In this document: piece by piece, positions 10,435 to 21,520 of the stretch | Position numbering within the stretch: the stretch's first letter is position 1 | How the letters are laid out: every line of letters starts with the position of its first letter | Assembly: GCA_964019335.1 (NCBI GenBank) | Contig: OZ025751.1 | Location: 62,001-126,000 of the forward strand | DNA length: 64,000 nt | DNA from: Diplonema japonicum | Taxonomy: Eukaryota; Protista; Euglenozoa: Diplonemea | Reading direction: 5' to 3' | Program-made: the position numbers and the translations under genes | Notes under the pieces: model-generated | What the model was told of the DNA's origin: nothing | Database searches by the model: none | The model's input: the letters and a program-made list of their open reading frames with translations, nothing else

Positions 10435-11025
10435 TCAAACCCTTGTGAACAGAAATTGTTTCCCGAAAGGCCACAGCTCCGCAATGGTCGATATCGGACC
10501 CATTTGTTTATAAACCGTAAAGTTCAACAAGGCAAGGAGGAAACCCCCGACAAGATCGCCGATGTAGTGGCGGCCTACAAGGAGCCTGCTAAGGGAAACG
10601 GTAACCGCCCAGATCAAGGAGACTATTGGGTAAGGAAAGGACGGGACGAGGAGCGAGACCACAAAATAAATGGACCACACGCGGCTGGTGTGCCCGGAGG
10701 GGAAGGAGTGCTGGTCGGGCCCTAGAAACATGGCTGTCTTGTTGCTCCCCTCGTAGGCGGGCCTTGGGCGCTTGAAGGTACACTTCCCCAGTGCAATGAA
10801 TACTATGTCCACCAAGTTAATTAACAGCATGTTGCTCCAAAATCTATCGCGGCCTGCATCGACGCCCTTGTAATACAAACACACGATCAAGGGCACCGAC
10901 AGCCAAAAATACCCCTCTCCTGACCATCCTATTGCATGCAGAACTTTACTAGGCACCAACTTGCTGCTTGCATCATAAGCAGCCTGCGACACCCGTGCAT
11001 CGAAGTCTTGTATCGCAGACAGCAT
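10435..11025 (-). CDS. PAP2-family lipid phosphate phosphatase (PLPP6/7-like)
   Basis: KxxxxRPRP, DQHSFPSGH and SRLLVGRHYIGD motifs; transmembrane segments. Confidence 0.9.
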   Translation of the reverse strand: MLSAIQDFDARVSQAAYDASSKLVPSKVLHAIGWSGEGYFWLSVPLIVCLYYKGVDAGRDRFWSNMLLINLVDIVFIALGKCTFKRPRPAYEGSNKTAMFLGPDQHSFPSGHTSRVWSIYFVVSLLVPSFPYPIVSLIWAVTVSLSRLLVGRHYIGDLVGGFLLALLNFTVYKQMGPISTIAELWPFGKQFLFTRV

Positions 11026-11077
11026 TTTCTTTTTATCCCTCTCCCCCCCCCCTTTTTTTTTCTTCTCTATTTATTCG

Positions 11078-11976
11078 CCAACATCAGTAAGACCCATCGA
11101 AAAGGAACTGTATCCTCAAACCCTTTTTAAAAAAGGTCGGTTCTAGTAGCTGGTAAAAAAAAAATTTATCATCATCTAATGGAAGAAAAAAAAAAAAAAG
11201 CACTTTACGATTTTTCTCTGTATCCCGCAGCAATCTCGCAGGACTATCTGACCCTTGCCGTAATTTTTGTGCGAAAGGGGACACATGGCTTGCTGAAAAG
11301 GAAGTACACCAACAGCCAACATCAGTAAGACCCATCGAAAAGGAAGTGTATCCTCAAACCCTTTTAAAAGGTCGGTTCTAGTAGCTGGTAAATTGTTCAT
11401 CATCATCTTTAATGGTATTTGGCCTGTCTAGGATCTATTTATCCCTATTCTGCAATCTCGCAGGACTATCTGACCCTTGCCGTAATTTTTGTGCGAAAGG
11501 GGACACATGGCATGCTGAGGACTGGGGAATCTTTCCTTCGGTGCAGCCAACAGCCAACATCAGTAAGACCCATCGAAAAGGAAGTGTATCCTCAAACCCT
11601 TTTAAAAGGTCGGTTCTAGTAGCTGGTAAAATTTTATCATCATCTCATGGGAAAAAAAAAAAAAGCATTTTACGATTTTTCTGTGTATCCCGCAGCAATC
11701 TCGCAGGACTATCTGACCCTTGCCGCAATTTTTGTGCGAAAGGGGACACATGGCTTGCTGAAAGGGCTTGCTAAAGCAAACATCAGTAAGACCCATCGAA
11801 AAGGAAGTGTATCCTCAAACCCTTTTTAAAAAGTCGGTTCTAGTAGCTGGTAAATTGTTTATCATCATCTAAATGGTAGCCTGTCCCCCCCCCCCCCCCC
11901 CCCGATTATCAGAAAAGAAAACACACAGTTGGAAATACGGCTAATATCAGTAAGACCCATTGAAAAAGTGCTGGTT
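11078..11976 (-). ncRNA. Tandem snoRNA cluster: 4 box C/D copies (11084-11175, 11322-11406, 11560-11643, 11783-11868), 3 AGA-box copies (11231-11295, 11453-11517, 11696-11760) and a decayed C/D fragment (11947-11976)
   Basis: Tandem ~220-240 bp units; boxes and guides invariant, spacers variable. Confidence 0.85.
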
Positions 11977-12559
11977 AATAGCGGGAAGTGTTCAAAAAAA
12001 ACTTTTGAATAAAAAAAAAAAAGAAACAAAAGATTTTCACTCTGAGGATAAAGAAAAAGGGCTCTGTCCAGTGGAGAGGGAACACAGAAAGGTAAAGAGT
12101 TAGAAGAAGATTCGAATTTAAAAAAAAAAAAAAGGAGAAACTAGCAACCGAGGACGAATTCGCTCCGGGGATACTCCTTAAGCAACCTAGATTCAGGTTG
12201 AGAAGGGGGAGAGGAGAGGGAAAAGAAAGTTTGAATTTGTTTTTTTTTGTAAAAAGGGGAAACAAATTGCGCACTTATCGTTGGTAATCTTCAAAAATAA
12301 TTCTTTATGACAATATGTCTTTGTTCGCACGGCACGAGTTGCATATAGTTATAAAATCATTTTTTTTTTTGAAAGATATTTGTAACAAAAAAAAAACTGC
12401 AACAAAAAAAATCTATAACAAAACCAACCGACTTATGCTGCTTAAATAGAAGTTCGCTAAAAAAAAAAACCAACGGCCCGCCAAATAGGGGAACGAACCG
12501 CAAGTATATAAGTTCTGTGACATATTAACATAATTAAAAATGTCTGCGGGGAAATAATT

Positions 12560-13204
12560 AATAGCTATTTACTGCCAACAAGTAATGACTTTACCGAGAG
12601 GTCGGTAAAGCATTACTTGGCGGTAGGTAAGTGGTTTTATTTCACGACACTCAGAAATTACTTCACCACGAGGGGCACAACAGGGTGACAAGGGGTACAA
12701 CAAGAGAGGGGTTACAAAGGTTACAATACAAGTTGTTTTCCCTCCTTTTGTTGACTAAGAGCTGCCGCTGTCGCTGGCATTGCCACTGTCACCATCTCTA
12801 ATCAGGCCTTCCCATACCTGGCGCGGCCGCTGGCTCCTTTTTTTCTGCTGCTTCGGTATTTTGAAGTCATTTGGGGAGCTTGGGTAAGCTGACTAAGTTA
12901 CCCTTACCCACAGAAGAGCCAAAAGTGGGCAAATTGGGAGGAAAAAGTTGTCCAACTTGGAACTGAGCCGAGGCAAAAGTTGGCCAATTGAGCTGAACCT
13001 GGGGGGAAATAGCAAACTGAGAAAAAGTAGCCCCACTGGGAACCGAACCGAGGCAAAAATTGGCCTACCGAGGCAGATTATTTAACGGAAACCCCCTATT
13101 ACTTCACGGAAAACAGGCCATTATTTCACCGTGAAGTAATGAGATTTAGCGTGAAGTAATGGGCCCCCCAGTGCGTGAAGTAATTTCTGAAGAGTGAAAT
13201 AAAA
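12560..13204. mobile_element. Non-autonomous element with asymmetric inverted repeats and terminal hairpin (family H, copy A)
   Basis: Hairpin at ~12567-12630; subterminal IR 12635-12666 pairs with terminal IR 13175-13204; iterated ATTA(C/T)TTCAC motifs; both ends align to the reverse complement of 31364-31938. Confidence 0.75.
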
Positions 13205-13230
13205 AAAAAAAAAAGGAAAAAAAAGGATGC

Positions 13231-15156
13231 CTACACAGCCACAGCCTCTTCGGTGAGTTCCTCGCTCAAGGGGACACCGAGCGTCCCCACATTCGAGGCC
13301 CTCTTCTTCCAAACCATTCCTACCATGAAACAAACTGCAACGGACCCCCCTACGGCACTCAGAATCTCTTTCAGTGGAAAGTCTCCTTCTTTTTCGTCTC
13401 CTTCGTCCCCAGTAGATGTTTCTTTGTTCTGTGCCTTTAAGATCTCCTTCGTCTCGCACGCCCGGCTGGCGTCATCCCAGCTGCATGTGTATACTGCGGC
13501 CCCCATACAACTCGCCCTGTCGACGTGCTGCTGGCAGGCAGCAACGGTGGCCGCAACCTTCCGTGCTCCCACAACTGCGTCCTGTTTGCACATCATCGTG
13601 TTCGAGTCCCAAGAGCACTGGCTGTCCTGTGTACACGATGCCATGTCGACGTGCTCCTGGCAGGAAGGGGTTGAAGGTTTTTTAGCAAGCCCTGCCTTCT
13701 GGCACATCATCGTGTTCGAATTCCAAGAGCAGTTGTCCTGCACACACGAGGCCATGTCAAAGTGTTGCTCGCAAGATTGAGTTGGCTTGGTCGCTGCTTT
13801 CTTCGACACTGGTGCTGCCTTCTGGCACATCAACGTGTTCGAATCCCAAGAGCACAGGCTGTTCCGTGTGCACGATGCCATGTCGACGTGTTGCTGGCAG
13901 GTAGTGGTGGTTTGTGCGGTCGCAGCTCCCTGTTCCACAGTTGCTGCCCCTGCCTTCTGGCACATCATCGTGTTCGAGTCCCACACGCACTGGCTGTCCT
14001 GTGTGCACGATGCCATGTCGACGTGCTCCCTGCAGGAAGGGGTTGAAAGTTTTTTAGCGAGCCCTGCCTTCTGGCACATCAACGTGTTCGAGTCCCAAGA
14101 GCAGTTGTTTTGCACACACGAGGCCATGTCAAAGTGTTGCTCGCAAGATTGAGTTGGTTTGGTTGCTGCTTTCTTCGACACTGGTGCTGCCTTCTGGCAC
14201 ATCAACGTGTTCGAGTCCCAAGAGCACTGGCTGTTACGTGTGCACGATGCCATGTCGAAGTGCTCCTGGCAGGAAGGAGTTGCTAGTTTTTTAGCGAGCC
14301 CTGCCTTCTGACACATCAACGTGTTTGAGTCCCAAGAGCACTGGCTGTCCTGTGTGCACGATGCCATGTCGACGTGTTGCTGGCAGGTAGTGGTGGTTTG
14401 TGCGGTCGCAGCTGTCTGCTCCACAGGTGCTGCCCCTGCCTTGTGGCACATCATCGTGTTCGAATCCCAAGAGCACTGGCTGTCTTGTGTGCACGATGCC
14501 ATGTCGACATGCTCCTGGCAGGAAGGAGTTGCTAGTTTTTTAGCAGGCTTCTGGCACATCATCGTGTTCGAATTCCAAGAGCAGTTGTCCTGCACACACG
14601 AGGCCATGTCAAAGTGTTGCTTGCAAGATAAAGAAGGATCGGTGGCTGCTTTCCTTGAAACAGGTGTTGCCTTGTGGCACATCATCGTGTTTGAGTCCCA
14701 AGAGCACTGGCTGTCCTGCGCACAAGATGTCATGTCAAAGTGTTCCTGGCAAGATGGAGAAAGCTCAGTGGCTGCTTTCTTCGACACTGGTACTGCCTTC
14801 TGGCACATCATCGTGTTCGAGTCCCAAAAGCAGTTGTCCTGCACACACGAGGCCATGTCAAAGTGTTGCTCGCAAGATTGAGTTGGCTTGGTCGCTGCTT
14901 TCTTCGACACTGGTGCTGCCTTCTGGCACATCAACGTGTTTGAGTCCCAAGAGCACTGGCTGTCCTGTGTGCACGATGCCATGTCGACGTGTTGCTGGCA
15001 GGTAGGGGTAGCCTGTTCCAAGCACTCCGCAGTGGCAGTACTCCAGGAACAGTGGTTGGCCCCACACTCCACCTGTGACGTGTATGCAGGGCAACCACCA
15101 GATGCACTGCAGAAAGATGCCGCCGCTAGTACCAACACCAGCTTCATGTGTCTCAT
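13231..15156 (-). CDS. Type I membrane protein with 14 four-cysteine repeats
   Basis: Signal peptide MKLVLVLAAASFCSA (ATG 15156 or 15147); 14 repeats of consensus CQxHxDMASCxQD(S)xCSWDSNTxMC; TM ILSAVGGSVAVCFMVGMVW followed by KKR. Confidence 0.9.
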   Translation of the reverse strand: MRHMKLVLVLAAASFCSASGGCPAYTSQVECGANHCSWSTATAECLEQATPTCQQHVDMASCTQDSQCSWDSNTLMCQKAAPVSKKAATKPTQSCEQHFDMASCVQDNCFWDSNTMMCQKAVPVSKKAATELSPSCQEHFDMTSCAQDSQCSWDSNTMMCHKATPVSRKAATDPSLSCKQHFDMASCVQDNCSWNSNTMMCQKPAKKLATPSCQEHVDMASCTQDSQCSWDSNTMMCHKAGAAPVEQTAATAQTTTTCQQHVDMASCTQDSQCSWDSNTLMCQKAGLAKKLATPSCQEHFDMASCTRNSQCSWDSNTLMCQKAAPVSKKAATKPTQSCEQHFDMASCVQNNCSWDSNTLMCQKAGLAKKLSTPSCREHVDMASCTQDSQCVWDSNTMMCQKAGAATVEQGAATAQTTTTCQQHVDMASCTRNSLCSWDSNTLMCQKAAPVSKKAATKPTQSCEQHFDMASCVQDNCSWNSNTMMCQKAGLAKKPSTPSCQEHVDMASCTQDSQCSWDSNTMMCKQDAVVGARKVAATVAACQQHVDRASCMGAAVYTCSWDDASRACETKEILKAQNKETSTGDEGDEKEGDFPLKEILSAVGGSVAVCFMVGMVWKKRASNVGTLGVPLSEELTEEAVAV

Positions 15157-15220
15157 TTTGTTGTGTGTTCTGTTTAAACCTGATTGTGACAATCATAATG
15201 GTTGCTACCAAGGTTTCAGT

Positions 15221-15803
15221 ACAGCCAACATCATTTGTGCGAAAGGGACACATGGCTTGGTAAAGGGGAGCCACAAAAAAAAGTACAGCCAACATCAGTA
15301 AGACCCATCGAAAAGGAAGTGTATCCTCAAACCCTTTTTTAAAAGGTCGGTTCTAGTAGCTGGTAAAAATTTTATCATCATCTGATAGAAAAAAAAAAAG
15401 CATTTTACGATTTTTCTCCGTATTCCGCAATCTCGCAGGACTATCTGACCCTTGCCGCAATTTTTGTGCGAAAGGGGACACATGGCATGCTGAAAGGGAA
15501 GTACACCAACAGCCAACATCAGTAAGACCCATCGAAAAGGAAGTGTATCCTCAAACCCTTTTAAAGGTCGGTTCTAGTAGCTGGTAAAAATTTTTATCAT
15601 CATCTAAATGGTATTTGGCCTCTACAAGCAATCTCGCAGGACTATCTGACCCTTGCCACAATTTTTGTGCGAAAGGGGACACATGGCATGCTAAAAGGGA
15701 AGTACACCAACATCAGTAAGACCCATCGAAAAGGAAGTGTATCCTCAAACCCTTTTAAAAGGTCGGTTCTAGTAGCTGGTAAAAATTTTATCATCATCTC
15801 ATG
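15221..15803 (-). ncRNA. Tandem snoRNA cluster: 3 box C/D copies (15295-15381, 15519-15603, 15713-15797), 2 AGA-box copies (15428-15492, 15629-15693) and a scrambled fragment (15221-15260)
   Basis: Same cassette as at 1.6-1.9 kb and 11.1-11.9 kb. Confidence 0.85.
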
Positions 15804-16717
15804 GAAATGGTTCTGTGTAACATCAACGGCGGTAAGCCGCAATAAGCGTTTCGAGGCAACGAAAAGAAGAAGGGGAAAGGGGACAATGACACTTGTTTCG
15901 GGGGAACGTGGAAAAAAAAAAAAAGAATAAAGAAAAAAAAAAGAAACAGAAATAAACACTGGTGTGAAAAAAAAAATCGGAAAAAAGAAGAATGAAAAAA
16001 AAAAAAAAAGTCCCTCAAATGAAATAAACAGAAAAAAGAACGGCTTACAGACGGCTTGAGCCGTCAGATCTATGCCCCCCTTTTCTTTTTTTTTTTTCCT
16101 CTTTTTTTTCTTTTCTTTTTCCCGAAAAAAAAAACCCCCCCTCCTTCCGTAGGGGTTTCCCTCCCCCTTTTCGTTCCCATTTTTATAAAAGTATAAAAAA
16201 AAAAAATTGTTACGTGGACCCACTGCCCTGGAAAATTAAATTAAAGAAATCCGTGTACAGTAGTAGCATATCTGATTCTTTTTTTTTTCTCCCTCCTTCT
16301 TCCCCTTTTTTTCCCTCCCCCCTTCTCCCTCTGATGTTTTCATGTGGATGTTAGATACAAAAAAAAATTGATAAAATACAGCAGAAAAAGGAATCTGGGG
16401 GGAGAAAAGAGAAAGTAAGAAGAAGGAAAGAGGAAACAAAAAAAGGGGGTCTTTTTTCTTTTTTTTTTTCTCTTTTCCTTTGGGAAATAAAAAACGGTCG
16501 TTTACCTTTTGTGGGGCAGCCAATTAAAAAAAACAAAACAAAAAAAACTAAATCGTGGTTGTAGTAGTAGCTTCGGGAAAAAACCCAAAAAAAAAAAAGA
16601 GGGGGGAATGGGTGATAAATATGAAGGGAAAAAGAAAAAAAAAAAAAACCCAAAAAAAAATTTTTTTTAATTCACACCTCTCAAAAAACAAAAACAAAAA
16701 AAAAAAAAAAAATCTTC

Positions 16718-16945
16718 CTACAACTCATCGTGGGACAGCTGGTCGCTGATGGACACGAGGGAGTCGAAGAGACGGGTACCGAGGATCACACGGGCCGCGA
16801 AAGGAGCGGTGGGCTGTGCGTGGTGGTTGCCCATAGCGGTAACCTTCTCAAGGAAAGAAGCGTATTCCTCAGGGTGTTTGTCAGCAAGGAAGGTAAGCTC
16901 GTGGGCAAGGGTCTTGTACTTCCTCGCGCCGATGTAGTGTGCGTT

Positions 16946-16989
<44 letters not shown>

Positions 16990-18459
16990 CATACCACACT
17001 CCCCACCTCCCTGAGGCTGTCCACCATCTCAGCAACAGGTGCGTCCCCCACAAGCACGTCAACAACGGCTTTCTCAGCCTCAATATGCTCGTTGTAGAAC
17101 GCCTCGATCTCCTCCAGGATGTGGATGTCCGAAGAGTGCTTCAGCGTCTCCTCAAGAACCGGGTTCTCAGCCATCTGCTTCATGAGGAACTCCTTCTCGG
17201 TCAAAGGGATGGACTTCTGGAAGAGCTCAAAGAACTGGCGCTCCTCCTTTTTTTTTTTTTTTTTTTTTTTTTTCCTCTTCCAAACCTCATTGAAATCGAT
17301 GACCTGGTCGTTGAACTCGCTCTGCACCTGTGCGGCGAAAACCCCCACACTGGCATCCTTGCGGAGCTCGCCAGCCCTCGCCCAGCAGTCGAACAACAGT
17401 TCGTCACCGTTGTAGTAGAACAGGTCCCTGCTCCACTGCTCAAGGGTGTTGATGTCAGTGCAGTTCCTTTAAAAAAAAAGATTTTTTTTTTTTTTTCCCC
17501 ACACATACTTGATCGCCTCCGGGGTAATCGCCTCCAGAGGGTGCACCTGACGCCTGTAGAAGTCAGCGACCGCCTTCAACGCAGCCTTCTTCTCGGGGGT
17601 TGCGGCCTCGCCGTCCATCTGCGACTCGATCTTCGAGATGGCATCGAGGAAAGCAAGCCTGTGCTTCGGGGACTCGATAGCCATCTTCCTCATGTCGGGA
17701 GCGTCCTCAAGACTAAAGGGGGGAATTAAAAAAAAAAAAAAAAAAAAAAAAAGAATACCGGTATTTCTCGGGGACCCAGTCGTTCAAAATAGCACGGATC
17801 TGTTGCCTCTCGAGGATGTGGAGGTCTTCGAAAACATCGAGACGGACCTGGATTTTTTTTTTGTGGGGGGGAAAAAAAAGTTACCTTCTCACGGAGTGGG
17901 TCGGGGAGGATGTCCATCATGTTGCCGTGTGCGAACCAGTTCACCTTCCTCGCCCTCTGCAACTGGTCGTCTTGTTCCACAAGGCACTCCTCCTGGATGT
18001 CGTTGAGCATGGTGTTCTTGTCCTCCTCGCTAGCATTTGCGGGAATCTCCCTCTCGGCCCTCTCGACCATAGACTTGGCCACCCACCTGTCTGTGCGGAG
18101 CTCAAGGGCGGAGGGGGTCCAGAAGTCGTAGGTGGGGGGGTTCTTGTCGTCCTGTTTTTTTTTTTTTTTTTCTTTTTCTTTTTTTTTTTTTTTTCGCATA
18201 CACTCCAGTAACGGGGTCTCTCCTTGTTGTCAACTTCCCACATGGAGCAGAACTCGGTTTTGGGAAGGGATTTCAGCTCTTGCTGAACCTCGTTGGGGAC
18301 CCTCTTCCTCCCCTTGTGCGCCTCATGGGGGTTTTCATCAGACCAATCGTACAAAGGAGCGAGGTCCAACAAATGCCCGTACCACTTGTCCACACACGTA
18401 CGCTTCTGCTCGGCGAAAAGGCCTGCCGCCGGCTTGAAACCACCAATCGCCCTCCTCAT
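16718..18459 (-). CDS. COX4: Euglenozoan cytochrome c oxidase subunit IV (trCOIV/COX4-like), 7 exons, ~489 aa
   Basis: Exons 18459-18202, 18151-17885, 17847-17759, 17712-17509, 17466-17286, 17246-17007 and 16948-16718 join in frame through GT-AG introns. Motifs DKWYGHLLDL, MDILP..LREK, WVPEKY and ITPEAIKNCTDINTLEQWSR...YNGD match kinetoplastid trCOIV as I recall it; mitochondrial-type presequence MRRA. Confidence 0.85.
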
Positions 18460-19101
18460 CTTATTATTTTGGAAGTCTCTTTTTCTGTGTGGATGTCAAA
18501 ATGGGGTAGTATAAATTATAAACAAAAAAAAGGAGGGGAAAAACCGTCGATTTTATTTCTATTTGGGGATGCTGTATTAAATTTTCTTGGGGGAGGACAA
18601 AATAACGCCCCCCCCCCCCCCAGTTACCCTCAGAACACAGTGGTTATGGGGGCCCTGTGAGGGGTAAAGGAAAAAAGAAAAAAAAATAAGAAAAAAACGT
18701 GATTTTTTTTTCTTTTTTGTTGATGCGGTTTTTTTTTCTTTTTTTTTTCTCTCCCGGTCTTTCTAAGGGTTAAAAAAACTTTGATATTTTTTCGTTGGCA
18801 GTTGTTGCATACGGGATGAAAAAGGGGGGGAAAAAAAAATCAAAAAAGGCAGAGGAAAGAGGAACAGACTTTAAACAGACTTTTTTTTAATACGTTCCTT
18901 CTTCTTTTTTTTCCTCGACAAAAAAAAAACCCCCCAACATCCTCGTTTCTTTTGCAAAAAAAAAAAAAAAAAAAAAAAAAGAGGGAGGGGAAAAGAGAAA
19001 GGTGACATTATAAAAAGCACAAAAAAACCCCCCCCAAAAAAATGGCTCCGTTCATATTGTCTCGGAACAAAAAAAAAGTTTTTTTTTTTTTTTTTTTTTA
19101 C

Positions 19102-20163
19102 TTACATTTTCGCGGGCGAGAGGGGTTTTTGGTGAAGCGGCTGCGACGTGGCTAGCCTGCGCACCGTTTCTGCAAGCATTGGTGCGAGGCTCAAGACAAC
19201 CACCTTCTTGCGGAGAACAGGGTCTGCAACAAACTCGGGCGGTACGGGAACAGTGTTGGCAATGACAAGTTGGTCGAGCGTCGATGCTTTAATCCTCTCC
19301 GAGGCAGGGTGCGACAACACACCATGCGTGCAGAACGCGAACACTCGCCTCGCACCATTTTTCGTCAGCATCTCTGCAGCAAGGCACAACGTCCCAGAGG
19401 TATCTGTCATATCGTCCACAATAATACAATCAGACCCATCTACAGTGCCTACAAGGTCCATCCTCTCAATATCGCTCGCTGCACGGCGTTGTTTGATGAT
19501 CATGGCAAGCCCGGTTTTCCCTTGGTAACCCATCGACTCCATGGTTGTGCGGAATTCTTTGGCTCTGCTGACTCCACCCGCATCCGGTGAGACAACAACA
19601 GGCTTCACCATTTCCTTCTCCGCAAAAAAAGCAGCTCCGATCGATCCAGCTGAAAGGTTGTCGCAGGGCACGGTGGGGGGGAAAAACCCTTGAATCTGCC
19701 CACAGTGCAGATCAATACAACAAACTCTGCTGACCCCAACAGAAGATAGAAGGTGTGCAACATCCGCTGCTGAAATAGGTACACCCGTGCTGAGTTTTTT
19801 GTCTTGTCGTGCGTATCCGAAGTATGGTATAATCGCTGTTACTGAGCTTGCTGCAGCGCGTTTCATGCATGAAATCATGAGGAGGAGCTCTACTAGGGCG
19901 TCATTTACGCTTCCTTGGGAGGACCTGCACACGGGTTGGATGATGAATACTTTTTTAGCCTCTACCTCCTCGACCAGTTCGATGCTCTTTTCCCCGTCCT
20001 TGAATTTTGTGAGTTTGATCCTGCTCAGTTCCGCGCCCAGGTACTGCGCTGTCTCTTCGCATAACTCCGGGTGGCTTGTGCCGGCAAAAACCTTGCAGTT
20101 TTTGAGCTCGGAGGGGCTGCACTTCCCCGAGTAGTAGTGCCATCTCTTCGTGATTTGAGTCAT
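19102..20163 (-). CDS. PRS: Ribose-phosphate pyrophosphokinase (PRPP synthetase)
   Basis: IPYFGYARQD, DLHCGQIQGFF, VVSPDAGG and IIVDDMTDTSGTL. Confidence 0.95.
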   Translation of the reverse strand: MTQITKRWHYYSGKCSPSELKNCKVFAGTSHPELCEETAQYLGAELSRIKLTKFKDGEKSIELVEEVEAKKVFIIQPVCRSSQGSVNDALVELLLMISCMKRAAASSVTAIIPYFGYARQDKKLSTGVPISAADVAHLLSSVGVSRVCCIDLHCGQIQGFFPPTVPCDNLSAGSIGAAFFAEKEMVKPVVVSPDAGGVSRAKEFRTTMESMGYQGKTGLAMIIKQRRAASDIERMDLVGTVDGSDCIIVDDMTDTSGTLCLAAEMLTKNGARRVFAFCTHGVLSHPASERIKASTLDQLVIANTVPVPPEFVADPVLRKKVVVLSLAPMLAETVRRLATSQPLHQKPLSPAKM

Positions 20164-21303
20164 GTTATTATTATTATTATTTTTTATTACTTCTCGGACA
20201 CACCAACCCCTTTTTTTTTTTAAAAAAAAATTTTTTTTTTTCTTGAATGGGAAACAAAAAGAAGGGGGGAAAAAAAATAGTCACGCACTTACGTAAACCG
20301 AAAAGAAAAAAAAACGGAGTTGGGGGGGGGGGGGGGAATCAAAAAAACTGAAAAATGAAACACATATTTTTTTTTTTTTTGGTTGTGTAACTTTGTGTAA
20401 GGGAAGGGGGGGAAAGAAGTAAAAAAAAAAAAAAAAAAGAAAGAGGGAGGGAGGAACAATCAATACCGATGCAGTAAGAAAGAAGAAGAAGAAGAAGAAG
20501 AGAAAAAAAAAAAACAACAATAAATATCATTTCTCTGAAACTTGTCAAGCAAAGTAAAGGGGCCTCGTTGTGCGAGGTATATAGTGGTATTTAAGCCAGC
20601 CATTTTGCTAACGAGAAAAATCTTCTGCTGTACTCAAGTACCCATCATTCATTCAAGAATAAGATGGCCTGAAGCCCAACGTAGTTCTAAAATAGTAAAA
20701 GCTTTTTTTTTTTTTTTTCGTTCTTTCTTCTTTCTCCCCTCCCTTTTTTTTTTCTTTTGTTGCCGTTCTCTTGACAGAATTTGTCTTGAGACGTTAGAAG
20801 GAAACTGCAAACTCTTTCTTTTTTTTTTTTCCCTCTCCTTCTAGAGTACTCACCCTTCAGAGCGAAACTAAGTGAAAAAGAGGGTGGAGGAGGGCTGATT
20901 TGTGTCTTTTTTTTTTTTTTTTTTTTTCAAAAAAAGGTTTATTTTTACGTTTTTTTTTTTTTTTTTTTTTTTCCCCGTACCTCGGCAGAGGGGGTAGTTG
21001 CCACGTTTTATTTTTGGTTTTATTTTAGAAAAAAAAAATTTTTTTTTGAGGGAGGGAAAGGGGGAGAGGCTTGTTGGGATGCCGCACAATGTAGGCACTT
21101 CTTTACTAGCTCTTTATTGAGCCCCTCCCCCCCCCAAAAAAAAACAATTGTGTTTATTATAAAAATTTTGTTGTCAAATGACAACACAGAGTCATACATT
21201 TCACTTCTATCTGGTATTTACAATAAGCCCCCCCCCCCCCCCCCCCGGTACTTTGGGTGGGGTAAATAAATAAATAAAAAAAAAGGGCGCATTATTGCGT
21301 TAC

Positions 21304-21338
<35 letters not shown>

Positions 21339-21520
21339 GGTATCCGAAGCAGAAATGTATGTGGTTATGGAAAAGTAGAGCTTTTTTTTTTTTTTTTTTT
21401 TTTTTCCCCTCCAAGGGACAGCAAGACCTCTGGTATGTACTTGATGGTGCATGGGCGTAGTGAGCGTCCGTTTGACTTCGCGTCGCCTTAACGTTAAAAA
21501 ATCGAGTTTTTTTTTTTCCC

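Noticed and set aside
1627-15803. The ~230-bp repeat as a CRISPR array, SINE or coding repeat
   Set aside because: There are no unique spacers, cas genes, TSDs or Pol III boxes, and its ORFs shift frame between copies. snoRNA boxes and rRNA complementarity explain the conservation.
16718-18459. Pseudogene, frameshifting or altered genetic code in the fragmented genes
   Set aside because: Each break is bounded by GT...AG and removal restores the frame; TAA, TAG and TGA all act as normal stops.
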